This document shows positions 31,175 through 40,703 of a stretch of 64,000 bases of DNA, one piece after another. Each line of letters opens with the position of its first letter. Within the stretch, counting starts at the first letter, position 1. A program made the translations under genes and the position numbers. Source of the stretch: Turneriella sp. (lineage in GTDB: Bacteria > Spirochaetota > Leptospiria > Turneriellales > Turneriellaceae); contig CBDIID010000003.1 in the NCBI GenBank assembly GCA_965279515.1, positions 2,208,001-2,272,000 on the forward strand. The letters are read 5' to 3'. The notes beneath the pieces were generated by a model. It was not told the DNA's origin. It did no database searches and saw nothing but the letters and a program-made list of their open reading frames with translations.

Positions 31175-31945
31175 TTAAATATCTAAAGGAGCAATTTTAG
31201 GCGGCAGGGGCAGCCTGAATGGTTTCAGCGGTGCCTTGCCTTTTTCAACATAGGTACCCATGCCGTTGGGTACGGCGACGGTGACCTTCTGCGCCGAGAC
31301 ATCCACCTGGCCCTCATGGCAGGCAAGGCCGGTGTCTTTTTTAGACGCGCTGAGTTCGAAGACCGTGCCGCGCACAGCAGCGACGGCGGATGGCGTGCGG
31401 ATCGCCATTTGGCCACCGGACTTGCGCATGTTTTCAACCTGCGCCTGCAGACGGCCTTCTTGCAGAGTGAAGATCGTGTCTTTGCTGTTTTTATCGACTT
31501 TATTTACAATAATGAAAGTTTCGGGTTGCAGGCGCAATATCGTCATGTTCGAGAGCTGCAGGTGCACGGACGACAGCGGGCCTGTCTTGACCTGGTCTTC
31601 GGAATAGAGGCCGAGTTTGATCATCACTTCTTTCCAGGAGTTTTCTTGCGCGCGCGCATACTGCGCCTTGCCGGATTTATAGATCACAACCGCCGCCGGT
31701 TTTTTGCCGAGGCTGGCCGGCACCTTGAGTTTCATGCCGGGTTGGATGAGGTTGGGGTTCGCGACCTTGTTGTATTTCAAGAGGGCCGGCCACTGGCTTG
31801 GGTCTTCGAGGTATTTTTTGGAAATTTTGGAGAGCGTGTCGCCGCGTTTGACTTCAATTACCTGCAATTTTTCTTCTTCGGTTTGGGCGGCGAGGCCCGC
31901 GGAAAACACCAGGGCGAGACAAAAAAGCGGTATGGAATATTTCAT
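31175..31945 (-). CDS. Exported LysM + FecR domain protein
   Basis: Signal peptide MKYSIPL; VKRGDTLSKIS...NPNLIQPG (LysM); RTPSAVAAVRGTVF (FecR). Confidence 0.88.
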   Translation of the reverse strand: MKYSIPLFCLALVFSAGLAAQTEEEKLQVIEVKRGDTLSKISKKYLEDPSQWPALLKYNKVANPNLIQPGMKLKVPASLGKKPAAVVIYKSGKAQYARAQENSWKEVMIKLGLYSEDQVKTGPLSSVHLQLSNMTILRLQPETFIIVNKVDKNSKDTIFTLQEGRLQAQVENMRKSGGQMAIRTPSAVAAVRGTVFELSASKKDTGLACHEGQVDVSAQKVTVAVPNGMGTYVEKGKAPLKPFRLPLPPKIAPLDI

Positions 31946-32009
31946 ATAACCTCTGGCGAGCGTTTCTTTAATAGACGCAGGGTCACGCAAAAATACGACA
32001 GCGGCGCAG

Positions 32010-32768
32010 ATGCTGCGGGCTTTCCGGAATTTATCCTTACTGACCCAGAACTTTATCCTGGGCCTCATCGCCATGGCGGTCGCTTTTCCGATCTACATGG
32101 TGCCGAACCTGGTGTATGCCGACAGGCCGGGCATGAACCTCAGTATCTTCATCGATACGTGGATGCCCTTCGCGCCATGGACAATTCTCGGTTATGCACT
32201 CATCTACGTGTTTGTTTTCCTGCCGCTCTTCACCATCAAAGACCGTGAAATTCTCTGGCGGGTGATTTTGGGTTTTTTAGCCTGCAGCGTGATCGCTGTT
32301 CCCTTCTTTATCTTTATGCCGGTGCGCATGCCGCGGCCGGGAATCCCCACGCAGGAAAGTTTTTTCTACTGGGGCGTGGCGCTGAACTATGTTCTCGACA
32401 AACCCGTGAATTGTTTTCCGAGCCTGCACGTGGCCAATTCCGTTTTTGCCGTGGCCTGCTGCATGAAACTTTCGCGCCGCGTGGGCCTGTGGGGTATCGT
32501 GGGCGCGGCGCTGATTTGCGTTTCGACCATGACGCTGCGGCAGCATTTTTTTGCCGATATTCTCGCCGGCGCCGCCCTGGCCTTAGGCTGTTATTTTGTT
32601 GTGGTACATCCCCTGATCCAGCGCCGCCTGGGCGAGGGGGCTGAGACCCTCGTCTTTCCGCCCCGGACAGCCCTGTGGGTGCTGTATATGTATGGCATTG
32701 TCGTTGGTACCTGCCTGCTGCTGTTTGCCGCCGGCATGCGTTTTCAGCCGGTTTTGCCGGTGAATTGA
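32010..32768 (+). CDS. PAP2-like membrane phosphotransferase (Aur1/IPC-synthase-like)
   Basis: PVRMPRP, NCFPSLHVA, QHFFADI; multiple TMs. Confidence 0.82.
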   Translation: MLRAFRNLSLLTQNFILGLIAMAVAFPIYMVPNLVYADRPGMNLSIFIDTWMPFAPWTILGYALIYVFVFLPLFTIKDREILWRVILGFLACSVIAVPFFIFMPVRMPRPGIPTQESFFYWGVALNYVLDKPVNCFPSLHVANSVFAVACCMKLSRRVGLWGIVGAALICVSTMTLRQHFFADILAGAALALGCYFVVVHPLIQRRLGEGAETLVFPPRTALWVLYMYGIVVGTCLLLFAAGMRFQPVLPVN

Positions 32769-32829
32769 CCGCGGCGCCGTGGATTTTCTTAATTGACGGA
32801 ATATCTCAGCGCACGCGCTGCTTCACTCC

Positions 32830-33600
32830 ATGAAAAATATCAGCCTTAAAACCACGTTATTGATTATTGCTATCAGCGCCGCGGCGTATTGCGGGAAGAA
32901 AAAAGACGGCGATGCGCCGAAAGCGGCGGCCAAAATCGCCTACGCCGTTTACGGTGCCGGCCTCTTCGACCAGATCGGCGCGGCAAAAGCATCGGAATAC
33001 CTGAGCCGCGGTGAGATGGTCACCGTGCTCGATACCGTAACTCCACCGTCAGTCAAAGAAGATGCTAAAGCCAAGACCTGGGCCAAAGTCGAACGCACTA
33101 CCGGCAAACAGGGTTTTGTCGATGCGGCAAACATCGAAGGCAAGGCATTCGTCGTCATTCGCCCACTCGACGTCTTCAGCATCAACCAGGCATCGGGTAA
33201 AAAACTCGCCAGCGTTCCTGCGGGTCAGGTCGGTTTTATCATCGAAGAAAAAGCCGATTGGGCAAAAATCCGTTTCGGTTACAAGATCAACGAAAACTGG
33301 GTATTCAGCAAGGACAGCACGAAATGGGTCGACCAGAAATGGGCCCAGGTCGAAGGCGTAAGCTATGATCCAATGGCGATCGGCCAGGGCGTCGAGCTTG
33401 AGACAGCGCTGCGTAAATATTACGACGGCGATGCAGCGAAAAAAGCGGCGGGCAAAAAAGAACTCGAAGGGATTATCAAAGAAGGTAAGTCACAATTTAT
33501 CGAACCCGCTCAAAAGGCGTTAGCCGGTGACGGTGAAGCGAAGAGCGAAAACAAAACAGAAGAAACAAAACCCGCTTCCGAAACACCAGGCGGCAATTAA
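32830..33600 (+). CDS. Putative lipoprotein with SH3-like domains
   Basis: Signal ending ...AAAYC-GKKK; WAKVERTTGKQGFV. Confidence 0.65.
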   Translation: MKNISLKTTLLIIAISAAAYCGKKKDGDAPKAAAKIAYAVYGAGLFDQIGAAKASEYLSRGEMVTVLDTVTPPSVKEDAKAKTWAKVERTTGKQGFVDAANIEGKAFVVIRPLDVFSINQASGKKLASVPAGQVGFIIEEKADWAKIRFGYKINENWVFSKDSTKWVDQKWAQVEGVSYDPMAIGQGVELETALRKYYDGDAAKKAAGKKELEGIIKEGKSQFIEPAQKALAGDGEAKSENKTEETKPASETPGGN

Positions 33601-33603
33601 GCG

Positions 33604-34569
33604 ATGGCGCGCCGCAAGCAGCGTAAAGAGACCGCCGTCTTTATCGTCAACCCACAGGCGGGGGGCGGCAAATCAGATAAGCAGCTCAAGCAGTTGCTTG
33701 CGGATATCGAAGCGATTTACGGCAACGCAAAAATACAGTTCACCGAGCGCAAACTGCATGCGACAGAACTCGCGCGCGGTGCGGTAGAAGCAGGTACCGA
33801 ACTGATCGTTGCCGTGGGCGGCGACGGCACCATCAGCGAAGTGGCAGCGGGTTTTTTCGACGCGAAGGGCAAGGCCCTGAAACCGATAAAACAGGCGCCT
33901 GCATTGGGAATACTCCCTGCCGGTTCAGGCAGCGACTATGCCAAGACGATTGGCATTCCCCGTTCATCGGCGATTGCTTTACAGATTTTGCAAACAGGCC
34001 ACACACGCACCGTCGATGCCGGGCTCGTTGAGTTTATTTCCACCAGCGGAGAAAAAACAAAACGCATCTTTATCAATATCGCCGATATCGGTATCGGCGG
34101 CGAGGTGATCGATATTCTCGAACGCCAGGGTAAACGGCTCGGTGCATTTTTGTCATACCAGATAGCGACACTGCGCGGCCTCATCGGTTACAAGAATAAA
34201 CACCTGAATATCGTACTCGACAAAAAACAGAAATTCGACGGCACGTATAATGGTGTGATCGTCGCGCTCGGGCAATACTTTGGCAGCGGCATGAAGATTG
34301 CGCCCAATGCGATTCCCGACGACGGCCTCTTTGATGTCGTGATGCTCGGCGAAATGAGCAAAATCGAAATGGTCGCCAAGATGCAGAAGCTGCGCAATGG
34401 TACGCACATTTTTGAAAAGAACATCACTGTACACCGTGCGAAACACGTCAGCATACAATCAGATACCCAGGCGCTTCTGGATTGCGACGGTGAAATGCCG
34501 GGTGAAGCCCCCGCCGAATTTACTATTCTGCCCGGCGCTATAAAAGTTGTGGTTCCGCCGCCGGCTTAA
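33604..34569 (+). CDS. Diacylglycerol/lipid kinase family (YegS/BmrU)
   Basis: IVNPQAG, VGGDGTISEV, PAGSGSDY, YFGSGM, DGE. Confidence 0.93.
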   Translation: MARRKQRKETAVFIVNPQAGGGKSDKQLKQLLADIEAIYGNAKIQFTERKLHATELARGAVEAGTELIVAVGGDGTISEVAAGFFDAKGKALKPIKQAPALGILPAGSGSDYAKTIGIPRSSAIALQILQTGHTRTVDAGLVEFISTSGEKTKRIFINIADIGIGGEVIDILERQGKRLGAFLSYQIATLRGLIGYKNKHLNIVLDKKQKFDGTYNGVIVALGQYFGSGMKIAPNAIPDDGLFDVVMLGEMSKIEMVAKMQKLRNGTHIFEKNITVHRAKHVSIQSDTQALLDCDGEMPGEAPAEFTILPGAIKVVVPPPA

Positions 34570-35066
34570 AACATCGGCTTCAGAGAATCTTTTTTCGGCT
34601 TGGCTGTTTCTTTTTTCGCCGTTTTCTTTTCCGGCGTTTTCACGGGCGTGGGCTCCGGCGGAAACAGTGCCACGGGTTTCGGCTCTTTATAGAGTCTAAC
34701 CTGTTTCAGAATCTCGATCATGCGGTTGTCGTGCCGGCCCGTCATGGCCTGCAGGTCGCGCGTGTTCTCGCGCTTCTGCGCGGCGACCAGACCCTCGACT
34801 CCGCTCTGCGTTTTTTTCCACTCCGCGTTCGCGTTGACGGGTAACTGTTTCGCGGTACCGATAGCCGCGTCAACACGGGGGATATCCAGCTTTTTGAGCT
34901 CGGCTTTCTTTTTCTCAATCTCTTTCGGGATCTTTTCTTTGACTACCGGATTCTCTTTTGTCTTTTTCCAGAGCTTTTCAAGGTCTTTGCCCCAGAACAG
35001 CCAGACTGCGCCGACGAAGATACCCGTGATGACAAGATAGATTGCGGCGCTGCGCAGCCAGGACAT
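34566..35066 (-). CDS. Hypothetical membrane-anchored Lys-rich protein
   Basis: N-terminal TM followed by a charged domain. Confidence 0.65.
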   Translation of the reverse strand: MSWLRSAAIYLVITGIFVGAVWLFWGKDLEKLWKKTKENPVVKEKIPKEIEKKKAELKKLDIPRVDAAIGTAKQLPVNANAEWKKTQSGVEGLVAAQKRENTRDLQAMTGRHDNRMIEILKQVRLYKEPKPVALFPPEPTPVKTPEKKTAKKETAKPKKDSLKPMF

Positions 35067-35099
35067 GAAGCTCTATAGGAAATTCGTGCACCGCGTCAA

Positions 35100-36854
35100 T
35101 TAGAAGGTATGGCTGACGCCGAATTGCAGGGCGTTCAAGAGATTGATCTCCGGCTCATTCAGGTTAAAACCGAAATCAATGCGGAAGACATTGTTGTCGA
35201 ATTCATGGAGCATCGTGCGAAGGCCAAGGCCGGCGATCGAATAATACGTGAGCGCACTCAGGTTTTCGCCGACTCCCGCATAATCGAAGAAGATGACCCC
35301 GGCGACCAGAAGGTAGGGCAACTTAAGGCCCGGCGAGCGGTACTCGATCGATGTCAGATGCCCTGCGCTCGGGTATACTGAACCATACGAGAAACCCCGC
35401 CGCAGCTGGTTAGCAATGTCTTCCCGCTTGTCCTTGGTGAGATGATTGCCTTTCGCCAGGTAGGTCCGCAAGGCCAGCGTACCAAAGCGCGTGAAATAGA
35501 ACCCGCGCAGATCGAAAGCCCAGAGATCGTCTGTGGGGTAAGGCGCACCGTTATACCAGAAAATCGCGGCGCGGGCCACGCTGGTTTCGAGCCTCAACTT
35601 CTGGTCGAGAAAATTCTTCTGGTACGCAGCGCCGAAAGAAGGCGCCGTGTAGTGGTCGGCTAAACCAAACGACGGGTTCGCGTAGACAATTTTCGAAGAA
35701 GTCCTCAGGCCCTCGAACTGGTCTTCGGTAAAAAGATAGCGCCTGAAATTGCGCATCGGCGCAAAATTACCGTTACGGGTATTGACTGAAAAAGTCAGCG
35801 CATGCGTCGAATATTGCTGGCTTTGGTAGAACGCCTTTGACGCGGCTGAAACAGGTAGCTCGGGGGTCTCAGAAAGCGAATACTGGTCATTTGCATAGAT
35901 ATAATTATCCCGTCGGATGTAATGCCAGATACCAGGCCCGAATTCGATGCGGTCATTTTTACCGAGGCCATAGAGATATTGCGCCGAAATATCTTCAATT
36001 TTCGTGCGGTAGATCAGGTCGAAATATTTCCCCGTCGCAGTATTATAACCCTGCCGTATGCCGCCGCCGAGATAGTCATAATTCACGCCATTCGTAAACG
36101 AAGTCGAAAGCTGAAAGGCATGCTTTTGGCCGTTCCTCGTGAACGGATGCGACAACGTAATTCCCTGCGTCTGCAGGTTGTACTGTGAATTGGCAAAACC
36201 CATCGTTGTCGCTGCGCCGATTTCCCAGCGCGAACCGTTGATGCGTGTCTTGCCGACACCGAGCGAAATGTAATCGCGGAAATTTTCGCGGCCATAACTT
36301 GCGCCCCAGTAATAGAGTTTTCCGAATACACTCGGCTCAAAGACATTGACGCCGAAAGAAGAGTAACCGCCCGAGCCGCTGGCGCCGGTGCTGAACTGCG
36401 GCGAATACCGGTCCTGTGTGACAACGGTCACATCTGTTTTTCCGGTTTCCGGATTTTTCTTCGTGACGATGACGGCCTGTTTGATAGGATCCAGAAGCCG
36501 CACATAACGTTCGGCGTCATAGAGTTTAAAGCGCGGTATCTTATCGCCCTCTTTGAAATCCAATTCGCTGTAGATGACATCTTTCTGCGTCACAAAATGC
36601 AAATTGTTGAGTAACGGAGCGAATATGTCGCTTGCAGGCAAGACCGTCTGGTTGAGGATCGTGATCGTGCCGACGGTTATTTCCGTTTCATCGGCATTTT
36701 CCTTTTCCAGTTCTGCGGGAGTTTCTTTTGCGCGCACGGCGAGCGCCGCCTCGACATCGGCCGGCAGATTTTCAACATGGCCGTCGAAACCTGCACAATG
36801 GAAAAACCCCGCCGCGAGACAAAGCGCGACGCCCAAACGGCCGGAGCGTTTCAC
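35100..36854 (-). CDS. Omp85/BamA-TamA-like outer membrane protein (POTRA + barrel)
   Basis: POTRA-like segment TQKDVIYSELDFKEGD...AERYVR; barrel strands; C-terminal GVSHTF. Confidence 0.72.
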   Translation of the reverse strand: MKRSGRLGVALCLAAGFFHCAGFDGHVENLPADVEAALAVRAKETPAELEKENADETEITVGTITILNQTVLPASDIFAPLLNNLHFVTQKDVIYSELDFKEGDKIPRFKLYDAERYVRLLDPIKQAVIVTKKNPETGKTDVTVVTQDRYSPQFSTGASGSGGYSSFGVNVFEPSVFGKLYYWGASYGRENFRDYISLGVGKTRINGSRWEIGAATTMGFANSQYNLQTQGITLSHPFTRNGQKHAFQLSTSFTNGVNYDYLGGGIRQGYNTATGKYFDLIYRTKIEDISAQYLYGLGKNDRIEFGPGIWHYIRRDNYIYANDQYSLSETPELPVSAASKAFYQSQQYSTHALTFSVNTRNGNFAPMRNFRRYLFTEDQFEGLRTSSKIVYANPSFGLADHYTAPSFGAAYQKNFLDQKLRLETSVARAAIFWYNGAPYPTDDLWAFDLRGFYFTRFGTLALRTYLAKGNHLTKDKREDIANQLRRGFSYGSVYPSAGHLTSIEYRSPGLKLPYLLVAGVIFFDYAGVGENLSALTYYSIAGLGLRTMLHEFDNNVFRIDFGFNLNEPEINLLNALQFGVSHTF

Positions 36855-36860
36855 GCGAGG

Positions 36861-37538
36861 TTATTTCTTGAAGTCGGCGCGGTCGTTCTGGAACGCGGGC
36901 GTCATCGGGAAGGTAATTTTGGCGATGGTCTTGTTTGAATAATCACTGTAGATCGTGAAAAAGTGCGGATCGATGCCCTCGGATTTAAGCATCATCAGAA
37001 TGAGCGCAATACCCATACCGGCGCCTTCTGAGTTATCTTGCATGTCCATATAGAGCTCACCGATGTTCTCGTACTTAAGGCCGTCGCGGAACTTGTCGCG
37101 GATACGCTCGTCTTCGCGCTTGGTGAGCGCGCTGTTATTCAGCACTTCGACAATCAGCTTCGTGTCATCGTATTCGAACTTGATGTCAACGAACAGCCCG
37201 CGGTCTTTTGCTTTTTGGGCATACTCATTGATGAATTTATCGGTCAGCTTTTCGCGGAACATCTCTAAGCCGCGGCGGTAATCGGATTCATTCTCGAGAT
37301 CGATCTTCACTTCATCGAACAGAATGCGTTTGATGTTGGCTTTGGCGCCGTTGACCGCAAGTTCTTTGATGCAGGTATAGAGCGTGGCTGTCAGGTCGAG
37401 TTTATTGTATTTATTGAGCAGGCGCAGAATGATGAGATTAAGGTCTTTCTCAGTTTCGGGCAGTAATGCGTAGGCACGTACCTTGATCGTCTGGTTTTTC
37501 TGAATCGCCGAATCTATGCGTTCCGCGAGCGATAACAT
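36861..37538 (-). CDS. Histidine-kinase-like ATPase domain protein
   Basis: KELAVNGAKAN (N-box) and EGAGMGIAL (G-box); start set at MLSLAER. Confidence 0.78.
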   Translation of the reverse strand: MLSLAERIDSAIQKNQTIKVRAYALLPETEKDLNLIILRLLNKYNKLDLTATLYTCIKELAVNGAKANIKRILFDEVKIDLENESDYRRGLEMFREKLTDKFINEYAQKAKDRGLFVDIKFEYDDTKLIVEVLNNSALTKREDERIRDKFRDGLKYENIGELYMDMQDNSEGAGMGIALILMMLKSEGIDPHFFTIYSDYSNKTIAKITFPMTPAFQNDRADFKK

Positions 37539-37587
37539 AGGGTTAAATGGGTTTGCCGGATGAAAGAGCAAGCTGAAAGCTATGTGC

Positions 37588-37714
37588 GCCTCACAGGGTG
37601 CATCCGGGATAACCGGAAGCAGCGAAGGCGTTTGCATGGCAAACGGCGCAGCGCTTTAGCAGCAGTTTGGCTAGACAAACTGCGAGGCTTCCGGTTATCT
37701 GTGCCCTGTGAGGC
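37588..37714. repeat. Nested palindromic intergenic element related to 2312-2426
   Basis: Outer arms GCCTCACAGGG...GATAACCGGAAGC and GCTTCCGGTTATC...CCCTGTGAGGC; two inner GTTTG/CAAAC hairpins. Confidence 0.72.
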
Positions 37715-37729
37715 CACGGTAAAAATAGC

Positions 37730-38479
37730 ATGCTGCCCGCCAATCCCGTAAGACGCACCCTTTACCGCGCCACAACGAGTTTCTTTGCCGCGCTCTCCGC
37801 TGTTCTGATTTCGATCTATGAATCGACGCTGCGCTTCGAGATCGAAGGCGAAGACCATCTGCGCATTTTGCGCGCGAAAGACCAGAACTACATCGTGGCC
37901 GTCTGGCATACCTTCGTGACAGCCGCGGTGTTTACCCTACACCACCGGCGCTTCTGCATTTATTCGGATCACCCCCGCACCGAAGCCTATGAGAAAAGCT
38001 GGACGCATTTTTTCCGTGAGATTGGCCTGAAGACGCTGCGCTCTCTCGGTTTCGACGTGCTCGATGCATCGCTCGGCAAACAGTCTGCGGGCGTTTTGAA
38101 TTTCATCAAAAAAATCCAGAGCGGCACACCGGCGATCGTTGCGCCCGACGGCCCGCATGGGCCGATCTACGAAGCGAAGCCCGGCGTGATCTACATGGCG
38201 GCAAAGGCCTCGAGTGTCGTGGTGCCGATCGGCGCCAGTTTTTCGCGGCGTGTCGTCGGCGCCAACTGGGACGACTTCTCGCTGCCGCTACCCTTCTCGC
38301 GCGTGGCCTTCGTGATCGGCGAACCGATCTATCCGCCGGCTGATTTGAGCGAAGCGGCGCTGGCGGAGCAAAGCAAGAAGGTCGAAGAAGTTCTGGATCA
38401 GCTGTGTTTCAGGGCGAATGAAATTTTAAAACAAAAGGGCGGCGTCAGCGCGGGCGCGCGAGAAAAAGCCCCAACATAA
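37730..38479 (+). CDS. DUF374 / lysophospholipid acyltransferase-like protein
   Basis: VAVWH, APDGPHGP, KPGVI, WDDFSLPLPFSR. Confidence 0.82.
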   Translation: MLPANPVRRTLYRATTSFFAALSAVLISIYESTLRFEIEGEDHLRILRAKDQNYIVAVWHTFVTAAVFTLHHRRFCIYSDHPRTEAYEKSWTHFFREIGLKTLRSLGFDVLDASLGKQSAGVLNFIKKIQSGTPAIVAPDGPHGPIYEAKPGVIYMAAKASSVVVPIGASFSRRVVGANWDDFSLPLPFSRVAFVIGEPIYPPADLSEAALAEQSKKVEEVLDQLCFRANEILKQKGGVSAGAREKAPT

Positions 38480-38810
38480 TCAGCGATGCCAGCGCGCTGC
38501 TGAGCAAAAACGGCACTGCCAATAATGCCACAAAATTATCAGACTGCCACACAAAGGTTAATCCCACTACGCTCGCGAGCGCGAAGAATAACCACACCCA
38601 GGTATACCAACCCGGCAGCACCTTCACTTTCCAGCCGCGGCTGAAGAGCCCGCGCTTGCCGGTGCGCGTTCCACCGCGGCGGTCTTCGCTGGGTGTTTTC
38701 TCGTCGTCGGGTAAATGGACAGGATTTAAAAAATCAAAGTTGATATTGCCGCGGCGCAGCGAGCGTTCGACGCGTTCAGAAAATTCTTTGTCGCTGCCTG
38801 AATCAGCCAT
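38445..38810 (-). CDS. Hypothetical 2-TM protein
   Basis: Two C-terminal hydrophobic helices; start overlaps the upstream gene. Confidence 0.65.
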   Translation of the reverse strand: MADSGSDKEFSERVERSLRRGNINFDFLNPVHLPDDEKTPSEDRRGGTRTGKRGLFSRGWKVKVLPGWYTWVWLFFALASVVGLTFVWQSDNFVALLAVPFLLSSALASLIMLGLFLARPR

Positions 38811-39417
38811 CTTTTTTCAACGCGTCCTTGAGTAGTTTCTGGTAACGCTCCACCTCGCCGCGCAGAATTTCATAGCGGCGCGAGAGATAGCCGGTGTAGA
38901 TGCCGACAAGCCAAAACCCGGCGACCTTCAACACTTCCTGGTGGAAGTCGGGAATATGCATGTCGGGCCAATACTGGTTCGCCAGCACACCGAGATAAAA
39001 GATATTCATGATAAACGTGCCCGCGAGGGCAATGCTCATGCCATAACGCAGCGCATTTGAAACGATGATGACATAGTTAATCGGATACAGGAGGCTCGTA
39101 CTGCCGCCCGTGGGTATCAGCACCAGCGCCACGAGCAGAAAGTCGCAGCTCATCGTCAGGTATTTGACCCAGCGGCCGATCTGTTCTTTTTTGAGCGCGC
39201 GCTGTACCAGCACGGCGATACCGACGTTAAAGGCCACGGCAAAACCCATGAGGCCGAAGATATAGGTGGCATCGAAGGTGATCCCACCCAGGGCATTGCC
39301 CTCACCCCGGTAGAATAAATAGCTGAGGTAGCTGCCGATCGTGAGTATCAGCACCCAGCGGACGCTGGCCTTGTTTTTTTCGTTGCGGATTTCCCAGAGG
39401 GCCTTTTCTCGGTTCAT
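38803..39417 (-). CDS. Hypothetical multi-TM protein (sensor-like membrane domain)
   Basis: About 6 TMs; TGGSTS...ALRYG motif seen in membrane sensor domains. Confidence 0.7.
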   Translation of the reverse strand: MNREKALWEIRNEKNKASVRWVLILTIGSYLSYLFYRGEGNALGGITFDATYIFGLMGFAVAFNVGIAVLVQRALKKEQIGRWVKYLTMSCDFLLVALVLIPTGGSTSLLYPINYVIIVSNALRYGMSIALAGTFIMNIFYLGVLANQYWPDMHIPDFHQEVLKVAGFWLVGIYTGYLSRRYEILRGEVERYQKLLKDALKKDG

Positions 39418-39531
39418 AGCGGTTGCCGGTCACTGAGCCGTGCCGCACTGGCCGCGCCACAATTTTTCGCAAAGCCGGGTCTATGGCCTGAGTTACGCTT
39501 TACACCGGGTTTCGGCCGCAAATATTGACGT

Positions 39532-39798
39532 ATGGCACACAAGAAGGGCGGCGGTTCGTCTAAAAACGGTCGCGATTCCAATTCACAACGACTCGGCCTG
39601 AAGGCTTCGGGCGGTCAGTTCGTAAAGGCCGGTTCTATTCTGGTACGCCAGCACGGCACGGTTTTCCATGCAGGCAGCAACGTTCTGCGCGGCCGCGATG
39701 ATTCCCTCTTTACTACAGTCCACGGCGTCGTGAAATTCGAGCGCATCGACAAGCACCGCCAGAAGATTTCAGTATATCCGGCAGCTGCCGCAAACTAA
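39532..39798 (+). CDS. rpmA: 50S ribosomal protein L27
   Basis: [22 protein letters not shown]...[10 protein letters not shown]. Confidence 0.98.
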   Translation: MAHKKGGGSSKNGRDSNSQRLGLKASGGQFVKAGSILVRQHGTVFHAGSNVLRGRDDSLFTTVHGVVKFERIDKHRQKISVYPAAAAN

Positions 39799-39818
39799 GG
39801 GGACTTCCCCCTGTTCTG

Positions 39819-39843
39819 AAAAGGCCCCACTGGGGCCTTTTTT
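39819..39843 (+). terminator. Intrinsic terminator after rpmA
   Basis: AAAAGGCCCC-act-GGGGCCTTTTTT. Confidence 0.85.
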
Positions 39844-39895
39844 ATTTTTCGCCCCACCCCCAGACTTGAGGTAAAGGCCGGGGATTAGGGGGAAG

Positions 39896-39911
39896 TTAAC
39901 CATTTGGTTAA
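39896..39911. promoter_or_regulatory. Palindromic operator TTAACC-N4-GGTTAA upstream of tetR
   Basis: TTAACCATTTGGTTAA, about 50 nt before the start codon. Confidence 0.7.
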
Positions 39912-39962
39912 TTTTTTTGGCAGCAAAGTTGAACGGTATGTATATTTCAGTTAACAGCGTTT

Positions 39963-40703
39963 ATGTCAGCCACCGCAAAAAAATCCGGACGCCTGCCTGA
40001 AGCCAAGACACGCGAGGCTATTCTCAGGGCTGCCATCCATGAGTTTGCCGAGCGCGGCTTTGCCGGTGCCCGCACCGAAAACATCGCCAAATCGGCGGAA
40101 GTCAATAAGGCGATGCTGCACTATTATTACCACGACAAAGAGACCCTCTACAATGCGGTGCTCGACAGCCTCTACGGTTCATTTCTCGAAGCCGATGATC
40201 TCATCGAAAAAATCGCGAATGCGCCGCTGAACTCCGTACAGCATATACATATCTTTCTGAAGGTCATCATCGCCAAACACGGTGATCCCCGTAACCGCTC
40301 TTTCCGTTGCATTCTGGCATGGGAGCTGGCAGCCGGGCAGAATAACTTAAAACGCGTCGCGCAAAAATACCTGGTACCCCGCATGGTGCATCTCGCCGAA
40401 GTGATCGAGAAGGGCATCAAAGACGGAGAACTCGAATGTAAGAATCCGACCCTGGCCGTTTACAGTATGATTTCCCAGGTTGTGTTCTATTACATGCACC
40501 ATGAGACCTATACCGGTAGCGCAATCTACGACGACCTTTACGGAGATGTAACGCCCGGGTTTCTACTCGATTTTCTGCTGCAGAACTTTATCGCTGCATA
40601 TGCATGTGACCGCAAAATTGCCTACAAGCTGCCCGCGGATATTGAAAAAATCGCCGCAGAGCTGGCCGTGAAAATGACCACACACCCGCTGATTCAGGCA
40701 TAA
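39963..40703 (+). CDS. TetR/AcrR-family transcriptional regulator
   Basis: AILRAAIHEFAERGFAGARTENIAKSAEVNKAMLHYYYHDKETLY. Confidence 0.93.
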   Translation: MSATAKKSGRLPEAKTREAILRAAIHEFAERGFAGARTENIAKSAEVNKAMLHYYYHDKETLYNAVLDSLYGSFLEADDLIEKIANAPLNSVQHIHIFLKVIIAKHGDPRNRSFRCILAWELAAGQNNLKRVAQKYLVPRMVHLAEVIEKGIKDGELECKNPTLAVYSMISQVVFYYMHHETYTGSAIYDDLYGDVTPGFLLDFLLQNFIAAYACDRKIAYKLPADIEKIAAELAVKMTTHPLIQA

